From positions 5,208,001 through 5,272,000 of the forward strand of contig OX597821.1 in assembly GCA_951406725.2 (NCBI GenBank): 64,000 nucleotides of DNA, given 5' to 3'. Positions within the stretch are counted from its first letter, which is position 1; every line of letters starts with the position of its first letter. Made by a program: the position numbers and the translations under genes. This document shows positions 52,188-64,000 of this stretch, piece by piece. The notes under the pieces are model-generated. The model ran no database searches. It worked only from the letters and a program-made list of their open reading frames with translations, and was not told the origin of the DNA. The DNA is from Octopus vulgaris. Its lineage: Eukaryota.

Positions 52188-53482
52188 TGTATGTATGTAT
52201 GTATGTATGTTCGAATATATATGCAGATAAGTGTATAGACGCATACAAAATTACTATTACTAAAATCTTTTCTGCATTGCTTAACTGTAAATTATATTCC
52301 GAGGACATTACTAAACCGAATGTAAATAAAATTTTATTTTTACGACATATTTATACTAACTTATCTTCCTAATGTTCCTACTTGAATTATTAAGGCATTA
52401 TATTTTATAGGGGGATTTGATATACATTATATTCTATCGAAACGTACCATAGTGCTGATGATAACACATCAAAATGTCTCATCGATTTTACATTAGATAT
52501 ATATTATAATGAAAATATTTTCTACGTCATTTAGACACAACTTAGTGATGCAGCAGCGTTAATCTATTACATAATATAAACTATTTTCGTGATGTGGAGC
52601 AAAAGTTGTATCAGTTTAAAGTAACACTTTGTATATCATATAAAAAGTAGTTGCATCGTTGAAAGTCTAATTAATTACGGTTAAAACTCGTCCGGTTACT
52701 GGACAATTTTCTTCTGCAGCTGTTATATTATTTTCTCTTAAGACTTTACGTCTATTCAAGTTACTATCTCTGATAGAATACTACAGTTAATTACGTTTTC
52801 AATGATGTATCTACTTCAAATATGATACGCAGTTTTCTATTCTAAATGATTTTAAGAGAAATATTGAGACATATTTTATAGACCTGTTGCCAGTCTAAAA
52901 CGGTAAGTCGGCGAGTTTACGGTTCTTTACGCTCTGAGTTCAAATTCCATAAATGGCAACGTTATCATTCGTCCTTTCTGTATCAGTTAAAAATTGGTAA
53001 CCTTCATGTTTCACCTCGAAGAAATGGTCAAGGAGTATTTTCGCCTCTAGTAGTGTCTTCAGGGTTGATAAATAGGTCTTACTCTAATTTAATTCTTCTT
53101 ATTGATAACCTCTAGCTAAATTCCATTGATTCTCTTCAAACCGCCCTTTTCAGGACTCTCCACTAATGATTGTTGACAATTGCCCACATCAACTGCCCTT
53201 CACTAATTCAATAATCACCCGTCTTTACATGCCGAGATGGAGGCATCCACCTCCCAGTAATCGGGACCCTGTCTGCTGGTCGCATCTAAGCCTACAACGC
53301 AGATCAAAAACTTGTGGCCAGCTTGAACTGTAGAAGTTACATTATCCCTATTCACTGGACTAACGAATTACAAAGTGGCATATCAGAGAAATCCGGTCGC
53401 TTCCTGTCATTCAGCTCCAAGCCACTGATTTTTGAGGCTTCTGTATGCACTCATTTTATCCGCTTACGCTATACAGTCGTGC

Positions 53483-53550
53483 TGAAGAAGAAGAAGAAGA
53501 AGAAGAAGAAGAAGAAGAAGAAGAAGAAGAAGAAGAAGAAGAAGAAGAAG
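53483..53550. repeat. (GAA)n microsatellite
   Basis: direct reading. Confidence 0.97.
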
Positions 53551-53659
53551 CATAGCTACTGGAGGCGGAGTGGGCGGATTGGGCGGCACTTTTATGGATG
53601 GAGACGCCTCTTTTGGGTTTGCTGAGGGCAATATATATATTTTGTGGGATTTCTGTGGC

Positions 53660-54420
53660 GGCAAACTGTTCGGTTCGCATGTTTCAGCCAAGAACGCCGG
53701 AAAATGTTTTTCCGCTTTAGACAAATGTTTTCCTATATCTAATAGATATCATGCTATTTTTAAATGGCACACGGCAGGGATCCTACGCTTAATCTGCTAA
53801 TTTAGAGCATCATATTCACCGCATAAACAATAGTAAAATGCGACAACAGTTCAATAAGCTACCTACTGGATCTAGTGAACATATGCATCTAAATACCAAA
53901 AAGGGAGATGTAAACCACAACGAAAAGCACCAAATACGGCCAAATTGAGATAGTAGAAATGATTATGATATGGCTAACACGGTCACAACGTCGGAAAAGG
54001 GAGTCAGAACTATCATATATACAAATAAATATGATAAATACTCATGCAGAGAAAAATCAGAATGCCCATTGATGTACCTCTGTATGAGTACAAATCTTGT
54101 ATATAAATGTACCTTGCACACAAGGGGACAGCCGTATGTTTACATTGGGCTATCGGTTGGTTCATTTAAGAACTGTTATCACCAGCTTCAAGAGAATCAA
54201 TAAGAGACATTCAACATGTTTTTTTGTCGATTTTGTGTGGCGACTGAAGAAAGGTAGCATCAAGTAAGGTACGCAAAACCATACAATACCATTTCCAGAA
54301 GATGCCGACTCTGCTCCGAGGAATCCTTGTCTATTTTGTGGACCAATACGAAGATCATTAATAGAATTTCTAAAGACACTCAAGATGCCTACATGCATAT
54401 AAATGTACTTTCGCACAATG
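53660..54420 (+). mobile_element. Penelope-like element 3' fragment (linker + GIY-YIG endonuclease)
   Basis: AGKCFSALDKCFPISNRYHAIF; SCREKSECPLMYLCMSTNLVYKC...YVYIGLSVGSFK; VWRLK; AKPYNTISRRCRLCSEE...INR...CLH. Confidence 0.82.
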
Positions 54421-54974
54421 AATTTGAGTAACTGTTAACATAATTTACTTTAAGGTATGGATGAATTAAGTTTAGCTTTAACTTCCCCATTCTTATAAAC
54501 ATCAAGTATCTATTTAACTTGGTATGTGAACGTTTGTACACCAAACGACACGTATGCGTATGCTTATACTTTTGTGGATGCTCGCATGTGCGAGTGTACA
54601 CGCGTTATGCAGCTTTCGCGAGGGCGTTTATACATCCATATCTGTTAACTCTTGTTTTCAATACTTTTCTCGAAGTATTGTGTGTTCGTTTCTTTTTTGT
54701 ATCTATTATTTTCTTTTTGATCTTATATATAAATGGAGATGTATCCTTTGTTTTGCTACATTTCTGTCTGCGAAATGAGAAACTACATTGCAGAACTGCT
54801 ATTTTAACGAGTTATATCTATTTTTCACCCAATGAGACACATTTGTACCGCCGGATGCTCCCGAAACAATGGCTAAGTGTCACACCAGTGAGGGATCGAT
54901 GCTAGATGTGCCGAAACTATTGTCATGATTAATAGGAATTTTCGTATATTCCATCTTCAGTCTTTCCTTTACCA

Positions 54975-54975
54975 T

Positions 54976-55043
<68 letters not shown>

Positions 55044-55159
55044 CGATATTTCCCTGTGTACGTATCTGTGCCAGTGTGTATAACATGCATACACATATAT
55101 TTCCATACACATAAGTGAGTATATATATATATATATATATATATACATACATACATACA

Positions 55160-55231
<72 letters not shown>
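54975..55231. repeat. (GATA)n, (TA)n and (TACA)n microsatellite cluster
   Basis: direct reading. Confidence 0.93.
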
Positions 55232-55237
<6 letters not shown>

Positions 55238-56106
55238 TGTCTATGCAAAACTTTTAAGAGAAAACAATAGCTAAATGATGGTAGAGCATGTCAAATACAT
55301 ATAGGTCTTCTATGAATATAGATATTAATTAAGGTTGTTTAGAGATAAAAGCAAATGGAAATTTAAAGAATTTCAATAGAATTACGATCAGATGCAATTT
55401 TACTCAATGACAATGGCAAATGTAAAATATTTATACACACACAAAAACACACACACACACACACACACATACCCAAACAGAAACAAACACAGACACTCAC
55501 ACACACACATATAAAATATGAACACGTATGTAGAAATAGATTCATATATATTAAAATGAACACATTGTGTAATATCAAGTATATGAATATATATTTGTCT
55601 ATTACAGTTTCGCTAACCACATACATACACATGTATAAACACTCATACACGCTGTCATTATATAAGTGTATCTGCCTGTATGTATCATGTACCTATTGTA
55701 TATACATATTATCTATCAATATGATAATTTACGTGAATATATTTATATATGTATATGCGTGTATGTACGTGTGTGCGTGTGTGCGTTTCTATGTATGTAT
55801 GCATATACGTATATATACATAGTCTTCATTAAAGAAGTTTGTGTATTTGCTGTTCCTCCATGATGAGCAGGCTACGTTGGAAACTAATTTCCTTTTGTCA
55901 TCGTAATACTTATCATGCATACCTGAACGTGCTTTATACGTTCCATTATTTTATTTTCCTTACAGCACAAGGAAACACTCCCAACATGGTTGCAGATGTT
56001 ATTGTTGATTTTTATAGCAGTTCCAGTCGTTACAAATATTGTTGGCAGCTGCTGTTGATGCAAGTATTCGATTATGCAAAATATGGAAAAGCAGAACCGC
56101 AAATGC

Positions 56107-56142
<36 letters not shown>

Positions 56143-56462
56143 ATGTGTGTGTATACACGCATACACACACACATAATATAAATACTATATGTATGTATAC
56201 ATACATATACATATGTATGAATGTATACACCAGCACTACTGATGTAGTGAATGCGGAAAGCTTGGTTTGCAGTGTTTGCAGTCGTGTATGCTTGTCAAGA
56301 GCAAAGAGCAAGGCTCGTTAGCCACCAACGGAGCAGCGAATGCAAAATATAAGTTAGTCCTAGAACGCACAATGTTCCTGAAGGTTAGCAATGGTCTCCC
56401 TCGGTCTCGAGTGGACGGCCATCATATATATGATGTATGTATGTATGTATTATGTATCTATG

Positions 56463-56519
<57 letters not shown>

Positions 56520-56533
56520 AAGCATATATATAT

Positions 56534-57946
56534 ATATTCTTTAATTCTTTAATTCCTTAAAATGTTTCAACTTCGAAGCTGCGGTCAGGCTGACGTACGA
56601 CCGTTGATCGAGCTACACCATTATTTGAAACCTCTGACACGTGGTATTTGGTCAATGAGGGATTTTGATGCCGCTGCCCTGTTCTGTGTTTTCTGCCGTG
56701 AGGTAGGCTCGACTGGAACAGAGACCCAGTTTTGTTTTAAAGAAACTTACACCCACACCATACAGATCTCTCAGGCATCTTGGAAGGCTATTGAAGGGCT
56801 GTGGGCCCTTGAAGCCTAAGCAGTTAAAATATCTGGTTTTGTATTTTGATGGGATCTTTGGCTCTGTGCAGTGGCGCTCCATTCTCCAGTTTGAGTAACT
56901 TTCAAATGCCAAAGTTTGCTACAAAGCCTTCCAGGATTTTCCAGATGTACATCACTGCATACCTTTCCCGCCTTCATTCTAGGGTGAAGAGTTTTAATTC
57001 TTTCAGTCTTTTAATTGTTTCAGTTTTAATTCTTTTAGTAGCTGATACGTGGCATTGAGTCGATCATCTTAGTGTAACTTCCTTGGATTGCTTCAAGTTC
57101 CAGCGCGAATTTAGTATTGTGTGGTGACCATTATTGGGAGCAGTAGTCCAAGCGGCTGAGGTCATATGTCCTCCAAAGTATCCTCAATGTTTCCTTTTCT
57201 CTTTTATTTAAAGTTCGGAGGATCCAGTCAGCCAGACGTCTGCATTTTATTATTAGATTGGTAATATGCACTTGCAAAACCGCTTCATTACTCATGTCAA
57301 TGCCTAGGTCACGCACTGATTTTGATTCAGGGATCGCAATTCCTCCTGGGCCAATGTATCCTATCTGCATGTCGTTTAGCTGTGTGTCCTGGTAGTGTAG
57401 GGCCTGACATTTTTCTACATTTAAACTGCATGTGGTTGGCCTCAGCCCACTTGTATATTGCCTCCAACTCCCGTTGCAGATGTACAATATTTCCAGGATT
57501 TTGTATTGTCTGTGAGACTTTTGCGTCATCTGCATCGTTAGCAAGGGTAGCTATCTGAGCAGCTGAAGACATGTGTGAGAAGTACACTATGAATGTTAGT
57601 AGCCCTAAGACAATTACCTGTGGAATAGCACTTGTAATTTGTGTTTCCTTGGAGGTGACTCCGTTGGCTACCACTACCTCACGTATATCTTTTAGAAAGT
57701 CGTGCAGCCACTCTCCAAGTTTTCTGCCTATGCCGAGAGCACACAGTTTGTGAAATAGCACGCCATGGTCGACTTTGTGAAAGGTTTTTGCAAAGTCGAG
57801 TTATATCATATCCATACTTGAAGCATTTAACAGCTGTTTTACCATCAGTCGTAGTGTTGCAAGAGCTGTATTAAACAACTTCTGCTTGGTCGAAATCCAT
57901 GCTGGGTGTCAGTCGGCAAGACATTTTCTTCAAGGAACGTAATTGA
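56534..57946 (-). mobile_element. 5'-truncated CR1-type LINE (RT pseudogene + 3' UTR with stem-loop and AAAGAATT tail repeats)
   Basis: QHGFRPSRSC, LDFAKTFHKVDHGVLFHKL, SAIPQVIVLGLL, DADDAKV, VRDLGI, SRLDYCSQ, KGPQPFNSLP..LRDL. Confidence 0.92.
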
Positions 57947-59640
57947 CTAAGCTAGGATGGTTGCTATGGGCATTAATGTACTTTAGGTTCTCGTTTAATT
58001 TATGGAATGGTTGGGTTCTATTGGTTACTACGTTTAGGTTTGCATCCAGGTAGTTAGCCACAGAATGCTCTTTCTCTATACATATATCTAGACCATAATT
58101 CTTAAAAAATTTATATAGTGTTTTCTTTATATTTTCCAATGATCTATTAGTGCAGGTTTTCGTTATCAGGAGTAGGTCATCCCTATAAAGGCATCCTTCT
58201 ACGTTAAGAATTATAGAATTAAAGAATATATATATATGCACACACACACACACAAGTTCCGATAATAAGTATATTCCTACGAAATCTGTTATTTGTGCTG
58301 CGTCTGGGACACCTATGTGTATATCGAAGCAATCCCTTTCCCAGATCATTGGAAAATATAAATAAAACACTATAAATTGTTTAAGAATTATGGTCTAGAT
58401 ATATGTATAGAGAAAGAGCATTCTGTGGCTAACTACCTGGATGCAAACCTAAACTTAGTAACCAATAGAACCCAACCATTCCTAGCCCATAGTTTATTTT
58501 CATATCTAATTAGGGATTTCCTCGTCGTAAGTACTACATTAACTTCATCATATTTCATATTAACCTTTCTCATAGCATATATAAGGGCCTTATTCAGAAT
58601 AATCTCGTTAATAGATGACTAGTAATTTTCTATATCTATTTGGATAAATTTACACCTATTTTTATCTTTAATATTGTTGAACCAATTTAATGTTTCTCGG
58701 GTATAAATCCATAGTTTAAAGTTCTTTCCTGTATTAAATTTATATATTTATCTAATATAAGTTTACTTAATCTTCTTATATCAAATTTACATGGGCATAT
58801 CAGTCTTACTTGAGGGTTAGAATAAAAGTTTTTTTATGGTCCTTAATGGTTATTCTAGGGTGCATAGATACATATGGTTCAGTTCTATTTTCTAAATCAT
58901 ATTTCGTCATGATTTTTTAGATATATTGTTAATCCTATTTAATTGACCTTCACTAACAATTTTATACTTTCTCCTTATTTCTTTTTCTAGAAGGTTATCA
59001 TATAGCTGTACATCTACTCTATATCGGTTCCTTGTTTTATCCGGTTGGACTATTATTTCCTCCATGTTCTCCAATTTATTTATTTTATTAGCATATGTTT
59101 CTTAGGTGCTCGTTATGTCCTTTCAGGTATTTTTTAAATTTTGATAATTTTAACCATATTCCATATTTTATCCTCGAAATCCTGTAAAGCCCTATTATTT
59201 GGAGGCTGCTCTTAGATTTAAAATTGTTTATAAAGTAATCTTCATCTTCTAAATTCCTGGTATTATAATTGTTGTTATCATGGAAGTATGCCTTCCATTT
59301 TATTCTATTTAAAAAATTCTTAACTTGATCCATTAAAGTTATTATATATTCTCTCTTACTGGGAAGAGGTATATCCTTCAATGATGAGTTCCAGTCTGTT
59401 GGTTCGATCCTACCTGATAAGTCCATAACCGACTTATGTCAGAAATACTATAGGTATAGCCGATAGTAAAATATAATATCTATGAATATTTTAAAAACCT
59501 TAGGGGATAATAATTACTCTAGGTTATCAGGATATTTACTAGTTTACACTTTACTAATGCAAAGCAAACAATATCAATTATAATATTATTACAAATTTAG
59601 GATTTTACCAATAGGACTACAACTTCAATTTCAGGAAAGC
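57947..59640 (-). mobile_element. Penelope-like element, N-terminus through RT (YRDD type), 3' part lost, with an internal inverted duplication
   Basis: SSLKDIPLPSKREY...RIKWKAYFH; RLICPCKFDI; WFNNIKDKNRCKFIQIDIENY; FDIHIGVPDAAQITDFVGIYLL; LYRDDLL; NYLDANLN; YINAHSNHP. Confidence 0.88.
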
Positions 59641-59659
59641 TCATATATATATATATATA

Positions 59660-59992
59660 AAGACCTTCTTCAGTCATGAATGACTATGTGTTTGCACCTA
59701 GAAAGTTACCCTCCGAAGCACATGTTGGGTCAAGGTTGTTTATGGACGACCAGCAGGTTCCCATGCATACCAGCTTTTCTTCTCTACGTCACCAATGCAA
59801 TCATGTAATCCAAGAGAAAGGCAAAAGTCAATACAACTTGTCACCAGGAACGTCGCAACTCATTTCTTCAGCTGAGTGAAGTGGAGTAACGTGAAATAAA
59901 TTGTCTTGTTCAAGAACACAACGTACAGCCCAGTCCGGGAATCGAATTCACTACCTCATGATTATGAGCCCACGCTCTAACCACTGAAATAT
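59660..59992 (-). mobile_element. SINE family D
   Basis: homologous to 5003-5298 (GCACCTAGAAAGTTACCCTC, CAGCTGAGTGAA, CAAGAACACAAC, GGGAATCGAA, CTCTAACCACTGA). Confidence 0.88.
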
Positions 59993-60774
59993 GTGAGCAG
60001 CGGCTGTGCCGACTATAGGAGCAATGACGATAGTTGTATAGTAAACAGCAGTCACTGTGTTCTACTTGGCTACTGGAAATAAGCACATTTTAATAAACCT
60101 ATTTTTTGCTTTCAGAAAACAAATCTGTTACTGAGCCCGTTATGACTCTAGGTTACCAAGTTTATCTTTTCACACGCCTGAGCCGAATTGGACTTAGAAC
60201 CGGAACAAATTCCGCTGTGCATAAGATGCGGAAGTCTTACGTTTCCGCAAATGTAAATTACTGGAAAAGGCCCAGATAAAATGAAAAACAAAGTTAACCT
60301 CGAACGGATTAGAACGTAAAGCATAGAAAAGCAGAAAAAATAGCCAGAGGAATTCTGAGGGATTCTATCAGTCCGATTCTATATATCAGTAATATGATAA
60401 TAGAGAGAAAGAGAGAGAAACCTAGATTTTAAAGTACTTTAATACCAGGATGACTTTGCTACTTCAGCATATGGTAGGTAATTGCAATTAAGACAATGCT
60501 CTTTCCATTTATCAATTCTCTTACTCACTTCTTCCCATTTTTCTATATATCTCTCTTTCTGCCCGTGTATACATGTGTGTGCTAGTGTATGCATGTATCT
60601 TTGCACGCATGTATTAATGCGTATATATGCATACATACATGTGTGTGTGTGTGTGTGTGTGGAGAGAGGAATCTTGGATATCATTTGCATTTGAGGATTT
60701 ACTGAAAGAAAGGATGCTTCTTTTTACGTATGTTTTTATAAGTACGCTATGTGTATACATACATACACATATAC

Positions 60775-60860
<86 letters not shown>

Positions 60861-61383
60861 GCATACAAACCACAAGCACATATATAGACATGCATATATG
60901 GCCAAGTAATTAAAGTACAATGAATACTTAGAGACAGCAAACCTATGCACTATACATTTGCGCACGACATTTAGCAATTACTACAAAATACGAAAGGAAA
61001 TAAATGCAAGAAAACTATTCGAAATCGTTTGTCCGCCATGTTACTTATTTGCTGATTTTGTTTTTATCTTTTCTTTTTGTATAATTTGTTTCTTTGGTTC
61101 GTGGTCTTCATTTACTATGTTTGCTTGTTTTTTCTTTTATATTTTTTGTTTTTGTTTTTTACTGTTTAGTGTTGTTTTTAGCAGATGAATTGAAGTTGAT
61201 TGTATTTTGCTAGAGATGACTGACGAATGACTGAACGAAAGAAAATTCCCGGTGAAAACGTGAGAGGGGAGAGAATGAGGTGTGTGAGAGGAGTTGGTGC
61301 TTGTATAATGACTGTGATATATGAATGTAAGTAAACGAAAGACGAAATTTGAGACAGACCTGAATAGTTAAATATATGTGTCT

Positions 61384-61452
<69 letters not shown>

Positions 61453-61585
61453 CACATATGCATGCATATCTCTCTCACTTCCTCTCTCTCGCTCCTTATC
61501 TGATAGAGAGATAGCAGAGACAATGAAACAGTCACAGAGACGGAAAGACAGACACACAGAGAGATGGATCAATAGATAGTTTGTT

Positions 61586-61888
<303 letters not shown>

Positions 61889-62312
61889 AAGCAGTCAAAC
61901 AGTCAAACATACTTACATGCATACAGGCACAGGCAGACACACAGACAGACACAGACGCACAGACACACAGACATGCAGACACACCGACAAGTATGTGACA
62001 AGGAATTAAATGCTACAGTGCGATTGATTGACTGAATAAAAACAATCTGAAGATCGAAACAAAGAAAGGAAGGATGAAATGAAGAAATGTACGGAATGGA
62101 GGGGAAGGTGTGGTGGTCATGGTGGGAATTGAAGAGAGACAACGAGTATTTCTGTTCGACAGTGATAAAGATGAATGAGTGATTGAAGAAGAAAAAGCAG
62201 AACAATTAGTCTGAGTAAAAATGTGGCTACGAATAGGGGTAGTGTGAAGAGGTGGGGTTAAATACAAGCGGACATGAGAATTAGGACAATAAGTGTGAAA
62301 AGTATTTTATAA

Positions 62313-63071
62313 TTTAAAGCAATATCTATGAACACCAGATTCGCATCGTATTCTTAGCCACTTTTTTTACCTCTTCGCTGTCGTTGATTAATATCTGTAA
62401 TGAACGAAAATAGCGAGTATCTAAGTATGTAAAGATGTTTCATAAAACACATCTGAAGAACCAGAGAAAACTATTGATGAGGAATTAATATTATTTTGCA
62501 TACTTCATTGCAGCAATTGGAAAAGGTTTAGGTTTTTCAATACAAGGAAGGAAATACTTTATCTTATTTACCTGAGCCAAAAAGATTCAGAAGGCAAACA
62601 CGTACCGTTACGTTTACTTGAAGCTTTCGCAACTTACATATACTATGTAACGTCTGTTAAACTAATATTATCTTTTATATAATGTGTTTATGTGTGTAAC
62701 ATTTATCATGCAGTGACAGGATGTGATTGTTATCCATCGATGTATGTGTTACCTGTTGGTTGTATATGAGTAATCTTCCTTTCGCTACTCAAATTTATTT
62801 AATGATGCACTTATTTTTATCCGTATATCTTTAGTGTGTGTGTGTATACACACGTATCATACACGCACACGCATCATGCACACACATGTACCCAGATATA
62901 TATATGTCTATGCATACACATACAAACTCGAAGTATTTAAAGCAATACCCATGAACATCAAATTCGCACAGTATTCTTTACCTGTTTTCTTCTTTTCGCT
63001 ATCGTTGATTAATATCTGTTTGTAATGAGCAAAAATAACACGGATGTAAAGTTGTTTCATAAAATAAATCA
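62313..63071. repeat. diverged ~140-bp direct repeat (62313-62453 / 62936-63071)
   Basis: TTTAAAGCAATA.C.ATGAACA.CA.ATTCGCA..GTATTCTT...TTCGCT.TCGTTGATTAATATCTGT...ATGTAAAG.TGTTTCATAAAA twice. Confidence 0.85.
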
Positions 63072-63129
63072 TCGTATGTATGTATAATGTGCATATTTAT
63101 CATAATCATCATCAAACAGTAGATATTTA

Positions 63130-63372
63130 TTTCTCTCGAGGCTTAGAACACATACGGCCGGTCACAGAGTTTTCGTGGAGTATAAGTGACGAGACAATCC
63201 CCTGAACAAGATGTGTGTCGCAAGGCTATTCTTTGACACCTGAATAAACTAGAGCAACGTTAAACGAAATGTTTTGCTCAAGAACACAACGCACCACCCG
63301 GTACGGAAATCGAATCCATGATCTTACAGTCTTGAAAGCAACACTTAATCACGACGCCACGCTCCTTCACTA
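63130..63372 (-). mobile_element. degenerate SINE sharing the family C/D head
   Basis: TGCTCAAGAACACAACGCACCACCCGGTACGGAAATCGAA...GCCACGCTCCTTCAC. Confidence 0.7.
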
Positions 63373-64000
63373 TACTGGTGAGGTGAAACGGCAGAAATCG
63401 AACGAGGGGAATAGGTGACGGACAGTTAAACAACATCAGAGTTTACAACAGCTAGAGAAATTTTTTTAAAGGTGTGGACAAAATGTTAACACCAAAAGAA
63501 AATTTGTGCACATTGAACTCTTCGCCGAAAATTGAAAAGTGAAAAGAAGACTGCCGTTTCGGGTGCACGCCTTATTAATGTAGAGTAAAAAGAAGCAAAG
63601 AAACAAGAAAAGAAACGATATATGCTTAAAGCATATGTGTACCTTTTAACATTAGGTTGTAGAATATTAATTACCTCCTTGAGACAATTACAATGTATCG
63701 TACTCTTAGCACAACTATTTTGAAGCACGTCTGTACAAATATCAGCTACCAGTCTGATAAGCCATCACGGGCTGACATACTACTGCAAGTTTCTCATTCA
63801 TGATTAATACCATCTCCTGGGAAGCAATGGTAGGACATTTAGGTGATCATTTGACTTGCCAGAATTGACAGCGAAAACCTCCTGAAAAGATCGTTGTTTC
63901 CATCCGTATCCGCTATACAATGCTAACGCCTCCCCTTTATAGTCATATATAGAATGCAACGCAGTAACAATGTTTTACACCAAGCCTGACTCATCTATCA

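Noticed and set aside
53031-53290. CTGAAGA..GAAA motif on the minus strand with possible PLE C-terminal residue; similar weak motifs near 2900, 9226, 22345, 52455 and 54935
   Set aside because: Stems I/III or the NUH site do not form; too degenerate to call
63470-63790. Possible Tc1/mariner terminal region
   Set aside because: No partner TIR or transposase motif identifiable within the window

Overview
AT-rich, microsatellite-saturated animal genomic DNA with no recognisable host protein-coding gene or exon. The SINE families and repeat landscape look like a coleoid cephalopod, most likely Octopus (inference from recalled repeat families, not a database result). Most ORFs in the track are translations of (TA)n/(CA)n/(GATA)n/(TACA)n/(TAA)n tracts. 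The real content is decayed transposons: two mariner elements with TIRs (one nested in a SINE), a Tc1-like scrap, a non-autonomous Helitron, at least four Penelope-like (PLE) fragments, CR1-type LINE remnants, several restriction-like-endonuclease (R4/Dong- and Hero-like) LINE remnants, and about five tRNA-derived SINE families. Most worth a second look: (i) recurrent minimal hammerhead-ribozyme motifs with a U3-A8 covariant core and palindromic stem III; (ii) a ~900-bp near-perfect palindrome plus three other inverted-repeat structures; (iii) three divergent REL-type LINE ends stacked head-to-tail in (TACA)n; (iv) two candidate SINE/LINE partner pairs visible within the window. All coordinates and alignments were read by eye and are approximate. 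I found no evidence for a new gene-encoded system.
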